A DNA stretch of 64,000 nucleotides from Promethearchaeota archaeon (lineage in GTDB: Archaea > Asgardarchaeota > Heimdallarchaeia > Hodarchaeales > Hodarchaeaceae): assembly GCA_048938105.1 (NCBI GenBank), contig JBHLMN010000003.1:32001-96000 (forward strand), read 5' to 3'. The notes under the pieces are model-generated. The model was not told where the DNA came from, did no database searches, and was given only the letters and a program-made list of their open reading frames with translations. Numbering within the stretch: the stretch's first letter is position 1; each line of letters begins with the position of its first letter. Below are positions 9,852-19,302 of this stretch, piece by piece. The translations under genes and the position numbers were made by a program.

Positions 9852-10394
9852 ATGGCAAGATTTCATAATGCAGAAAATTACCCATTTTTTCTGATTTTAG
9901 GCTCCCCTAATTCTGGTAAAACAACTCTCATGTACCGATTGTACTCTGGGATCTTTTATAACGCTATTCAGACTCTCAAACGGAATATTGAGGAAGTGAG
10001 AGTTGACAAAGTACGACTTCGTACCCTTAATATTGTAGAGAACAATTTAAGCAAGGAAATTTGGGAACCCCTGATTTCAGAATGCTCAGGGGTGATTTTT
10101 ATTATTGACATATCGATATCCGCAAATCTTATTGATAGTTATAGATTATTTCAAGAGATAGGATTATCGGAACGTCTAAATAATCTGCCCCTTGCTGTGT
10201 TTGCCAACAAAGTAGATCTTCAACGTCATGAAGTTAACCTAATAAAAGATTTAAAGATACCTGAAACTCAAGAAAAGGAAGCGTTTATAGTCCAAGCAAT
10301 TTCATGTAAAACGACAGCGGGGATTACAGAAGGAATGAATTGGTTAATGAAAAAAACGAGTAATTACTTCTACATCCCTGCATTTAGGAAGTAG
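9852..10394 (+). CDS. Arf/Arl-like small GTPase with a degenerate G3 motif
   Basis: G1 GSPNSGKT, GVIFIIDIS, G4 VFANKVD, G5 SCK and the Arf-type GITEGMNWL helix. G3 reads LNIVEN. Confidence 0.82.
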   Translation: MARFHNAENYPFFLILGSPNSGKTTLMYRLYSGIFYNAIQTLKRNIEEVRVDKVRLRTLNIVENNLSKEIWEPLISECSGVIFIIDISISANLIDSYRLFQEIGLSERLNNLPLAVFANKVDLQRHEVNLIKDLKIPETQEKEAFIVQAISCKTTAGITEGMNWLMKKTSNYFYIPAFRK

Positions 10395-10398
10395 CGAA

Positions 10399-11016
10399 AT
10401 GGTTCAACCACACTCCATAAGCCCTTTGAATAATCTTAAAAGTGCTCTTCAATCACCTATTATTCTCGATTTCAGCGAAAAAACGAGATTTTCTAAATTT
10501 TTTTGTCTTCCAGGTTGTAAACAGTGCTGTGGATACTCTTATTTCCTTCCAGCAGAAGTTATTAATCTCCCCAATAATATAACAAAAAAATTAACATTGA
10601 AAAAAGACGGTAAATATGATATCGCACGTCTTAATGGACGATGCATATTTTATAATTCAGATAATGAGTTATTTTGTTCGATCTATAATTGCAGACCTCT
10701 TCGATGTAAAATTTTTCCATATTTTCCACTTATTGTTGACCAGAGGATCGTTATTACTTTAGAACCAGCCTTAAAAATGAAAAATGAATCTACTCAAGTT
10801 AAAACTTGTCCAGGAGTTGGAAAGTCCGGAAAACCTTTGAAAGCATCAATTGCAAACTGTTTATCTTTTTTAAAGAAGTTAACAGATGTCCCCACTCTTC
10901 TTTCTACAGTAGTGATTACTAGTGAAGTTTTTAATAGAATAAGGAATGATCGATGGTTTATTGAAAATTGGAACGATACAAAAGAAATACAAAATCGCAG
11001 AGAAAACCTAAAATAA
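10399..11016 (+). CDS. YkgJ-family (CxxCxxCC) cysteine-cluster protein
   Basis: CLPGCKQCC, GRCIFY, CSIYNCRPLRCKIFPY and CPG motifs. Confidence 0.85.
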   Translation: MVQPHSISPLNNLKSALQSPIILDFSEKTRFSKFFCLPGCKQCCGYSYFLPAEVINLPNNITKKLTLKKDGKYDIARLNGRCIFYNSDNELFCSIYNCRPLRCKIFPYFPLIVDQRIVITLEPALKMKNESTQVKTCPGVGKSGKPLKASIANCLSFLKKLTDVPTLLSTVVITSEVFNRIRNDRWFIENWNDTKEIQNRRENLK

Positions 11017-11132
11017 ACCCATTCTTAGTTTAAGAAAGTCGTGAAGAAAAATTCATATTTAAAGGCAAAATCAAAGTCTTTGGTCTTTGAAAATTCATTT
11101 AATGGTTTAAAAACCGAATTTGAGATGAATTT

Positions 11133-11345
11133 ATTGCAAGACAACGTTTTGAAGACGGAGATTTGTGGGTAGAGATTGACCTCGATTTATGTACGGGAGC
11201 AGGCGAATGTGTTGGCGTTTGTCCCAAGGATTGCTATGAAATGAAAGATGGAAAAGTCACTGCTGATAATATTGGGACATGCATCGAGTGTGCTGCTTGT
11301 GATGGAGTCTGTCCAAACAATGCAATCCTTGATCATTGTTCTTAG
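11133..11345 (+). CDS. Ferredoxin, probable 7Fe type, copy 1 (ATT at the aligned start; ORF track starts at TTG 11163)
   Basis: CTGAGECVGVCP and CIECAACDGVCP. Aligns with copy 2 from ATT 11133. In-frame TGA at 11121. Confidence 0.85.
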   Translation: MARQRFEDGDLWVEIDLDLCTGAGECVGVCPKDCYEMKDGKVTADNIGTCIECAACDGVCPNNAILDHCS

Positions 11346-11521
11346 TGAATTATTTCATCTTACTTTTATCCTTCTAGCTTATCCACAGACTTTTTTAGGG
11401 GATCAAGTTTTTCATGTTCCAAGATTAAAGAAGAAAAATTATTTATTGAATGCATTTTAACCAGTTTTTAGTCCTGAAAAAATCATAAAATGTCTTAAAA
11501 GCAGAATTGGAGATAAAATAT

Positions 11522-11737
11522 ATGGCTAAACAGCGTTTTGAAGACGGAGATTTGTGGGTAGAGATTGATCTCGATTTATGTACGGGAGCAGGCGAATGTG
11601 TTGACGTCTGTCCCGAAGATGTTTATGAAATAGTCGGAGGAAAGGTTAACGCCAATAATATAGCTGATTGCTCTGAATGTGCCGCCTGTGATGGCGTGTG
11701 CCCGAATGATGCAATCCTTGATCACTGTTCTTGGTGA
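11522..11737 (+). CDS. Ferredoxin, probable 7Fe type, copy 2
   Basis: MAKQRFEDGDLWVEID...CTGAGECVDVCP...CSECAACDGVCP. ATG at 11522 preferred over TTG 11507. Confidence 0.9.
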   Translation: MAKQRFEDGDLWVEIDLDLCTGAGECVDVCPEDVYEIVGGKVNANNIADCSECAACDGVCPNDAILDHCSW

Positions 11738-11919
11738 ATTCAATCCTCTCCTCACATCTTTCTTTTTTTTCTATCACAGAGTAGATAAAGACTCTCCATC
11801 CTAGTATTTTCATTAACATTTTATATTATTTTATTTAAAAAGGAATTATATGTCATATTCATCTAAGTATTCCTAATTTAGTTTTAATTTAGCCAATAGG
11901 ATCAAGAGGTTTTTAGAAA

Positions 11920-12582
11920 CTGCAACTCAACCTAGAAGAAATAAAACGTACTCAGATAAATCGCGCCTCGCTAGTTGAGGAAAAAGATTACATTAAAGAC
12001 CCTAAAACAGTACTAGCGGTCGCTATACATCAGAAAAATCAAAAAATTAGAGGAGGTGGGATCCTTTATGACCTTGAATCTACCAATCAGATAGACTCTT
12101 GGCTGGGAGAGGCAATAACAGCTCCTTATCCTTACATCAGTACTTATCTAGCGTTGCGAAACAAGCAACCACTTCGCCAAGTTATCAACCAATTTCAGAA
12201 ATTCGATCTTCTAATGGTCGAGGGGGCAGGAAAGCATCATCCAAGATATTTTGGCCTTGCATGCGAATTGGGACTGGATCTCGACATTCCTACTGTTGGA
12301 ATTACCCAGAAGTCATTAGTTGGTGAAATTATCTTCTCTCAACCTCTTGAGAAGAAGGATTATGACAATGATATTTACCCTGTCTTATATGAGGAAAATC
12401 TTATTGCTTATTTTATAAAGAAAAGAAGCAATAAAAGAGGAATATTTCTGTCAATTGGTCATAAAGTTACATTATTAACCGCAGTGAATATAATTATGCC
12501 TCTTCTTATATTTAAACTCCCAGAACCTTTAAGACTTGTTAAAATGCTACTCAAAAAATCCCCACACGATCTTTATTTCTAA
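11920..12582 (+). CDS. Endonuclease V homologue with substituted catalytic residues (probable CTG start)
   Basis: The frame extends 78 codons upstream of the called TTG 12154 to CTG 11920 (TAG at 11914, GAGGT at 11906). It contains PYISTYLALR, EGAGKHHPRYFGLACELG, PTVGITQKSL, IFLSIGHKV and KLPEPLR. Confidence 0.85.
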   Translation: MQLNLEEIKRTQINRASLVEEKDYIKDPKTVLAVAIHQKNQKIRGGGILYDLESTNQIDSWLGEAITAPYPYISTYLALRNKQPLRQVINQFQKFDLLMVEGAGKHHPRYFGLACELGLDLDIPTVGITQKSLVGEIIFSQPLEKKDYDNDIYPVLYEENLIAYFIKKRSNKRGIFLSIGHKVTLLTAVNIIMPLLIFKLPEPLRLVKMLLKKSPHDLYF

Positions 12583-12761
12583 TGTAATCGCACAAATTAT
12601 AGACAAACCTTTTATTAATATCTCAAACCCTCTTAAAAACCTGAATAATCCTCTTAATCGTATTTCTACGAATTCTACTTTGTACTAATGTCTGATCAGA
12701 CATTTAATTGCATTAAATTTTTAGTTTAACCTTTAACTGAGGATTTATTCGTTATTTTAGT

Positions 12762-13742
12762 ATGAGGAAGAATGTCAAGACTTGTGTAACCTGCACAAAA
12801 GATAAAGTTTTTTCATATTTTGATACTAATCACTCAATATTCGAGGGACTTATTATTTCAATTTCACAAGTTATCTATGAGATTGATACACAGCAAGGAT
12901 TAGCAAAGCTTTACCATCGAACACCTGATTCAACTGGTTTTCCTGTATTATTTATTCATGGTTTTGGTTCTAACTCAGATATTTGGTTTGCTTTTGATGA
13001 CTCTCTTGGGAATTATTTTATTAATAATAAAATGGATTGTTGGGCATTAAATCTGAGTAATGCTATATCGGGGAACATTCAAACCTTAGCTCATGAGGAT
13101 CTACTAGCAGCTGTTGATTTTATTTATAAAGAGCGAAATCAGCGGGTTCTAATCGTATCACATAGTATGGGAGGAATAATTACACGAGTTTTCACCAGCT
13201 CCCATCTTAGCCATCCATATCCACTGCAGCAGATTGAACGTATGGTCCAAGGAGTTGCTTTACTTACAGTCCCAAATCATGGAGTTGGATCCGCTGACAT
13301 ATCTCGAATTGAAGAAACAGTAAAACTGCTTCACAGCTTTATTAAAAGCGACCAAGAACCTTTAGCTGCAGATTTCGGGCTAGGATTCATCCAATTAACC
13401 CCAAAAAGCCACTTAATTACATCTTTGAATGAACCTCTTCCTTTAAATTCTAATATAATATGGTTGAATGCGGTTGGAAGCTATGATAAAGTAGTCCCAC
13501 TCAATAGTGCGCTTTTTAAAGAATCTGAGGTTGATCAAATCCCCCATTTTTTCCAACAAGAATTTCCCTGTGATCATATGGTTTATCCGTTCAGTAAAAC
13601 AATAAAAAAAATCGTGAGGGTTATCCCCCAAATCATAGAATCTTCAAAACTTGAATCACGAATAAGGATTTATCCTGCTATCCATAGGTATCAACCTGTT
13701 GGTGACTGGATTCTAAAGCATCTCGTTAAGCCTCTTGGATGA
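12762..13742 (+). CDS. Alpha/beta hydrolase (lipase/esterase-like); start uncertain
   Basis: PVLFIHGFG, SHSMGG nucleophile elbow, TVPNHG, DKVVP and CDH motifs. Confidence 0.82.
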   Translation: MRKNVKTCVTCTKDKVFSYFDTNHSIFEGLIISISQVIYEIDTQQGLAKLYHRTPDSTGFPVLFIHGFGSNSDIWFAFDDSLGNYFINNKMDCWALNLSNAISGNIQTLAHEDLLAAVDFIYKERNQRVLIVSHSMGGIITRVFTSSHLSHPYPLQQIERMVQGVALLTVPNHGVGSADISRIEETVKLLHSFIKSDQEPLAADFGLGFIQLTPKSHLITSLNEPLPLNSNIIWLNAVGSYDKVVPLNSALFKESEVDQIPHFFQQEFPCDHMVYPFSKTIKKIVRVIPQIIESSKLESRIRIYPAIHRYQPVGDWILKHLVKPLG

Positions 13743-14548
13743 AAATCAAGAAGGATGAACTGATAATGGTAACGGAGTTTTTAAAAGGAGCTGAGCCTCT
13801 TTTTCTGTCGGGTTCAAACACAGGATGTTTACTTCTTCATGGCGCAGGGGGAGGAACTACATGGGATCTAAAAGAGTTTGCTCACACTCTTCATTCAAGA
13901 ACAGGATTTACTATTTGGTTACCAGCATTAACAGGATTTGGAACACGGCCAGAGGATCTTGAAGAAGTCACATTTTCTGATTGGATGAAAGATGCCCGTG
14001 AAGGGGTAACAAAACTTCAACAAACTTGTGATCGGATTTTCATCGTTGGGCATTCTATGGGAGGGGTACTCGCACTACTAATGGCTTCAGAAGAAAAGAA
14101 AATAAATGCAGTTGTAACCTGGGCAGCGCCAATTAATGTTCGATTTCGAAAAATAACATTTCTACCTATCATTATTCGAATCCCCATTCTTAAAGGTTTA
14201 ATTCCTAAAAAATACAACACTGGAGTCTCTTTAGACAATGAATGGGTAGGTTACGAGTGGATACCTTCATCAATTGGACTTAACGTCCTTGAAGGAATGA
14301 AACGCCTGAAGCAATCACTTAATAAAATCACCTGCCCATCTTTCATTGTTCAAGGCTCCATGGATGAGGGGGTCTCACGAAATAGTGCAAAAAGAATTTT
14401 TAAAGCTATAAATTCCGAAAAAAAAGAAATCTGGTATGTTGAAGGCGCACCCCATGCGATAATGACTGATAAGCGATTCAAGAAAGAGTTGTGTGCTAGA
14501 ACAATATCATTTCTTGAAACATTGGACACTTCACAAATAAAACGATAG
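13739..14548 (+). CDS. Carboxylesterase/monoacylglycerol lipase-like alpha/beta hydrolase
   Basis: GAEPLFL...GCLLLHG, GHSMGG, QGSMDE and GAPH catalytic triad. ATGA overlap with the upstream gene. Confidence 0.88.
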   Translation: MKIKKDELIMVTEFLKGAEPLFLSGSNTGCLLLHGAGGGTTWDLKEFAHTLHSRTGFTIWLPALTGFGTRPEDLEEVTFSDWMKDAREGVTKLQQTCDRIFIVGHSMGGVLALLMASEEKKINAVVTWAAPINVRFRKITFLPIIIRIPILKGLIPKKYNTGVSLDNEWVGYEWIPSSIGLNVLEGMKRLKQSLNKITCPSFIVQGSMDEGVSRNSAKRIFKAINSEKKEIWYVEGAPHAIMTDKRFKKELCARTISFLETLDTSQIKR

Positions 14549-15496
14549 TTACTTATTTTGAAAGGATCGAAGAGTTTCTATTGTAGAATATCTTGGAGAA
14601 TAACCTTTCGATTTAATTTTGTAATTAGAAGCAACAAAGGGATATGCAACAAAGTCTAGGTAAGAGGGAGGAGCTCTAGAAAGACGAAGTTTCCATTGCA
14701 CCCACAACAATGATTTTAATATTCGCAATGGTACTCTCAAGCCACGACCCTCAAGTATTTTTGGGATTTCACCTATTGTCACATCTTTATTAGGAGTTAC
14801 ATTGTAAACTCCCTCTAATCTCTGATCCAACATAATTTTAAACCCTTGAAGGGCATCCTCTAGATGTAGAAACTGAATGGGTGTTTTTTTGTTTGGAAAT
14901 GGCATGAGAAAAAAAGTTCGCCATCCTCCCCTAAGGATATCAGCTACAAAATTCTGAAGATCATGTGATAAGATAGCTGAAGGACGTATCGTCCCAATCT
15001 TCATATTATTAACAAAATCCTCCCTAAATTCATTAACAATCCTTTCTGCCAAAGCTTTATGGTAAGAATAATGGAATGTTTCATTTCCCTGAAGAGGAGA
15101 TGATTCCGTTAAAGGATATGGATTGTCAGGAAAGGCACCATACGCTAGAGTAGAGGAAACATGAAGGAAATAATCAATACTGGCTTGAGAGGCCTGTTTT
15201 AATGTGTTTTCGGTTCCTTGAATATCCACCTGAAAAGCTTTCTCTTTATTATGAATAGGATTGACAATCCAAGCTAGGTGGATAAGGTCTGTAACGCCGT
15301 TTTCTTCAAGAACTGAAGAAAATTCATCTCTCACATCTATCTTATAGGATGACAAGGGAATCTCTGATAGAAGCGATGTTTCTCGAATATCAATTGCCAC
15401 GAAATGATCAATATCAGATGATGATTGGAATAAATAAGGAATTAAACGCTGACCAAGGTACCCTGATGCACCAGTGACAGCAATGACTCGGGACAT
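14549..15496 (-). CDS. NAD-dependent epimerase/dehydratase (extended SDR)
   Basis: TGASGYLG, IHLAW, HVSSTLAYG and YSYHK (YxxxK) motifs. Confidence 0.88.
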   Translation of the reverse strand: MSRVIAVTGASGYLGQRLIPYLFQSSSDIDHFVAIDIRETSLLSEIPLSSYKIDVRDEFSSVLEENGVTDLIHLAWIVNPIHNKEKAFQVDIQGTENTLKQASQASIDYFLHVSSTLAYGAFPDNPYPLTESSPLQGNETFHYSYHKALAERIVNEFREDFVNNMKIGTIRPSAILSHDLQNFVADILRGGWRTFFLMPFPNKKTPIQFLHLEDALQGFKIMLDQRLEGVYNVTPNKDVTIGEIPKILEGRGLRVPLRILKSLLWVQWKLRLSRAPPSYLDFVAYPFVASNYKIKSKGYSPRYSTIETLRSFQNK

Positions 15497-15781
15497 ATCT
15501 TTGTTTCAACTCTTATGTGATCTTGTAAGATTTTAGTTCTAATTTTCATAGGAATAATGATCAATTGAATTTAGATCAAATCTTCATCAAAAAGAATCTT
15601 TTTAATTATCCGTAAATATGCTAAATATAATCCAAGATTCCTGATATGAATGGGGAAAAATACAAATATCAAAAATATTTTATGTCAAAGAGTAAAAATC
15701 TTGCAAAACAGAAAAACATTGAAAATTAATGAAAATTAACGCATTTTTATTCTTCTAAGGTTGATATGAATTTTAGATAAG

Positions 15782-16513
15782 GTGAACAGTAAATTGGAAT
15801 TTGATCGAAGCCGAATACCAGCATTAATAAGAAAGCGTCAAAGAAAACCAGCAAAAGAACAAGAAGTTCTAATCAAGAATAGAGAGATAATTGGAAAAAC
15901 ATTACAAGTAGCAAGGGGAACAGAAGCTAGTGAACAGGAAATTGCTAGTACAATTAAATGGTTGGAAAAAATCTCAAAGTTTGTACCGATTGATTCTGAA
16001 AACGAATTAGAAGAACTTGTTAAAATTATGGTTCGTTTAAGCCAGGAAAGAGCAAAACTTAATGAGCTTTACGATCACCCTGGCCTTAATTTAATGAAAC
16101 GAGTCCGAGAGGGAATGATCCGCTACCTGATTGTTTTAAGTGAAATTCGTGCTCGCCAAAAAGAATACTTGGAATATTGGTTTACTGATGACTATTGGAT
16201 AACAGAATGGAGCCAAATTTTACTCGGCCAATCATCAGAAAGTAATATGAAGAAATATGGGTTTGAGAATGTGAAAACTAGGGATTTTATCTTCCTTTTA
16301 GAGCTCGAGTTGGCAACTGCGGATGATGCGTCCAAAGTGGAGAAACCTATGGTTCGATTACAACCCATAGAAGATAAAGATTCCTTTTTGATAATACCAA
16401 CTGAAGCAGCGGCTAAAGAATATGAAATTCAAGTTAATCGTATCTTAAACGAAACTGTTACCTTTACAGACTGGGTTACCGACTTCTTAAAAGCATTAGA
16501 TTTACCAAAGTAA
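15782..16513 (+). CDS. Hypothetical soluble helical protein
   Basis: 243-codon ORF with protein-like composition and no recognised motif. Confidence 0.7.
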   Translation: MNSKLEFDRSRIPALIRKRQRKPAKEQEVLIKNREIIGKTLQVARGTEASEQEIASTIKWLEKISKFVPIDSENELEELVKIMVRLSQERAKLNELYDHPGLNLMKRVREGMIRYLIVLSEIRARQKEYLEYWFTDDYWITEWSQILLGQSSESNMKKYGFENVKTRDFIFLLELELATADDASKVEKPMVRLQPIEDKDSFLIIPTEAAAKEYEIQVNRILNETVTFTDWVTDFLKALDLPK

Positions 16514-16703
16514 GATATACAATCCATCACAAAATCTTTCGCTATAAGCAAATTAAATTAATGAATTGTTGATCAGTTTTCAGTGAAAGCCATGCTTTAA
16601 CATGGTTTATCATTTTTAACTTTAGTTGGATTAACTTAATAATTGTAACATTACCGTTAAACAGCTTTAGTAGATTCAATATTTTTTTCACTCCTCCGAT
16701 AAT

Positions 16704-16720
16704 AAAAAAAAAGAAAAAAA
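16704..16720 (-). terminator. T-rich terminator after the oppA-like gene
   Basis: aaaaaaaaagaaaaaaa on the + strand, i.e. a long T-tract on the - strand ~40 nt past the stop. Confidence 0.55.
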
Positions 16721-16757
16721 GAGGGAGAGATTTGTGGTTTTACTCTAGTATTCCGAT

Positions 16758-18632
16758 TTATCTCTTTTTGCGGAAGAATATAGCAACTACCACAAAGGAG
16801 GCAAGGATGAGACTTATAGGAGCAAATGGAGCGGGACCGCCCGTCTTAGTGTACTCTTCTCGATCAATGAGGAAGTTCCAACCTTCGTGAAGTTTAAAGC
16901 TGGTGTACTGTTCAGCAACAATCTTGTCTACTTTGTAGGGGCCAGAACCAATCATCTCTGAAGCTTTTGGAACCCAGTCCTCGAATTCTATATCCTTTTC
17001 TGCCACAGCTTCCCAGACATGTTTAGGTAATACTGGTATCCCAGTAGCTCGTCCCCACTCGAAGTAGCCAGACTTGTTGGTGTAAATTTCGACTGTGTAG
17101 TCATCTACCGCCTTAACATCGTAGACGTTGGCTATTCCATCGCTTAGCTCGGGACTATGAGGCCATACTTCCATCCAAGTATACACAACGTCGTCAGCCT
17201 TGACTGCTTCATCATCATGCCAGGTAGCATTCTCGTACAGCTTGAATGTGAACTTCTGGCCGTCTTGTATGCTGCCACTAGCTTTAGTTTCTGCAATGGT
17301 CCAGTTATAAGCTAAATCTGGTATTGGATCCCAATTATTGGGGTCAGTTTGCCATAGGCCTTGCCAGATGATATTGTCCATATTGTAACCTTCAGTCATC
17401 AAGAGTGGGTTGGTACTTTCCCAGCCTTCTGAAAAGACAGGACGGTATTCACCTCCAAAGGGCCCATCTTCGGATTCCTTCAGACGAACTTTCTGGTAAG
17501 CATAATTATTACCAGCTTGGACAATACCAGTACCAGCGAATGTCATGTAACCTTCCCAAATGTCAGTTCGGAAAGCATCGATTACTGCATCGTTATACAT
17601 TACAATCATGGGTTGTTCAAAGGCTAGTAGCTTACCAGCTTCAACGGCTGCTTCTTTTGCTTCCGCGGCTGTCTTTGCTTCCATCATATCATCAAGAGCT
17701 TCATCAATAGTAGCGTTAGAGAAGTAGTACAAGATGTCTGCATAGATCTGGCCGGTTCGGAAGAAGTCAAACATGAGATCAGGGGGATTGACTGGACTCA
17801 CATTCCAACTGAAACAGATAACCCAATAGTCACCTGTCAATGCGTTATCAATGAGGAATGAGAAGTCTTCTTCAAAGACGGTTGCTTTCATACCCATTTC
17901 ATTTAGACCCTCTGCTGCGAGTTCACAGGAGATAATGGCGGGGTCGTATCCTACCGAAGCACCGATTTCTATTGCGCACTCGTCAGAGGTCATATCAGCG
18001 ACTTTATCACCATCGGGATCCCATTCACGCCAACCATCGCCGTTCAGATCTACAAAACCAGCGTTTTCAAGGGATTTATTGCCAGCAGCAATATTTTTGT
18101 CATAGAAGTGGGTATCTAATTTACTTTCAACTTCCCATTCTGTCGCAACGATGGGAACATAGCTATCCATTGGTACACCAGCACCTCCAATAGCTTCTGC
18201 ATTAACATGGTACTTATCAATACCATACGCCATTGCCCGACGGTACCCAGTGAGATTGGTTGGGAAGCGTCCGCTATTCAGGGTTAGCTGTCGATAAATT
18301 GTTCCAAGAGTGACGTTCACAGAGATATCTTCGTCAACAACTAGAGGCGCTACATATGCTGAAAGAACTCTATCATCGTATGAGGTCACACCTTGAGGAG
18401 GACCTTCTCTTAGAGCTAACATTGCTAGGGCGATATCCTCTGTGGGATAAACAACACCCACGATATCATCAACGAATCCTCCGTGAGGACGGAAGTCAGA
18501 TGCCCAGCAATCATAGTCTGTGATGACATCATTTTTAGGTGAGGCAATAGCACCCATATAGCTCGTAAGGAAGAGCGTGAAAAGTGCTAATGTGCCTACT
18601 AGACTAATCAATTTTGCTTTTCTCATAAGCAA
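16758..18632 (-). CDS. ABC transporter family-5 solute-binding protein (OppA/DppA-like), permuted domain order, C-terminal membrane anchor
   Basis: Signal peptide, RRAMAYGIDK, PDLAYNW, FKLYENATWHDDEAVKADDVVYT and IGSGPYKV motifs. C-terminus PAPF-TM-RKKR. Confidence 0.88.
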   Translation of the reverse strand: MLMRKAKLISLVGTLALFTLFLTSYMGAIASPKNDVITDYDCWASDFRPHGGFVDDIVGVVYPTEDIALAMLALREGPPQGVTSYDDRVLSAYVAPLVVDEDISVNVTLGTIYRQLTLNSGRFPTNLTGYRRAMAYGIDKYHVNAEAIGGAGVPMDSYVPIVATEWEVESKLDTHFYDKNIAAGNKSLENAGFVDLNGDGWREWDPDGDKVADMTSDECAIEIGASVGYDPAIISCELAAEGLNEMGMKATVFEEDFSFLIDNALTGDYWVICFSWNVSPVNPPDLMFDFFRTGQIYADILYYFSNATIDEALDDMMEAKTAAEAKEAAVEAGKLLAFEQPMIVMYNDAVIDAFRTDIWEGYMTFAGTGIVQAGNNYAYQKVRLKESEDGPFGGEYRPVFSEGWESTNPLLMTEGYNMDNIIWQGLWQTDPNNWDPIPDLAYNWTIAETKASGSIQDGQKFTFKLYENATWHDDEAVKADDVVYTWMEVWPHSPELSDGIANVYDVKAVDDYTVEIYTNKSGYFEWGRATGIPVLPKHVWEAVAEKDIEFEDWVPKASEMIGSGPYKVDKIVAEQYTSFKLHEGWNFLIDREEYTKTGGPAPFAPISLILASFVVVAIFFRKKR

Positions 18633-18952
18633 ACCTTCTAATTTCCATTTTATACTTTTTTAAGAACATAAGCTCTGCAACTAAAGTTTGTTTTGACTTA
18701 GTTGATAGCTCATGCTAAGCTAAGAAGAGTAACACTTTCAATATTTAAGCCTACGTTTGGACAAACTTCTATGAAAAACAGCTATTTCAAGTGAAGAGGA
18801 AATATAACTAACAGGTAAGTAAATAGCAATGATAAAAACAACTAAATCTTGAATAATGAGTTAAAGATAATTTACGATCATGGATAAACCAAAGTGTTTT
18901 AATACTAAAGCAGTTGACCCATCTTTACTATTCGAAAGACCTAACTTCTATT

Positions 18953-19252
18953 TTATTCCATCTCTTCGCTTAATTGTTCTTTTTCTTCGATTCTTTCACG
19001 GAAAGATGACCGAGATTGAGTTTTTTTGGCCATTGATTGAGCTGCAAATTCAATTCCAACCATAGCTGTGAATAAGACTCCGAAAGTTAAAATTGCAATG
19101 AATACTATTACTCCTCCAACAAGACCGATTGCTGAACCGTAATATCCTGAAAGAAACATTAAACTAAAGCCAATTATAGCCATCAAAACTGGGATTAGTA
19201 AAGTCCAGCGGCGATAAACGACTTTAGCACCATGCATATCTGAAGAGTTCAA
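18953..19252 (-). CDS. Small two-TM membrane protein
   Basis: Two hydrophobic helices and a charged tail, located within the ABC cluster. Confidence 0.65.
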   Translation of the reverse strand: MNSSDMHGAKVVYRRWTLLIPVLMAIIGFSLMFLSGYYGSAIGLVGGVIVFIAILTFGVLFTAMVGIEFAAQSMAKKTQSRSSFRERIEEKEQLSEEME

Positions 19253-19302
19253 GTTCTATCCTTCTAATATATAGCTAGATCTATTCCAAAACTCATGTGT
19301 TC

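Larger units (their letters stand above)
11040..11745 (+). repeat. Tandem duplication (~390 bp period) covering the upstream region and ferredoxin gene
   Basis: 11145-11214 and 11534-11603 are 69/70 identical. The upstream flanks also align (gaagaaaaatt...gaatt.gagat). Confidence 0.85.

Noticed and set aside
11343-11348. TAG-TGA at the end of ferredoxin 1 as possible pyrrolysine or selenocysteine recoding
   Set aside because: It aligns with a terminal Trp codon, so a point mutation is simpler. No pyl genes or SECIS-like element were seen.
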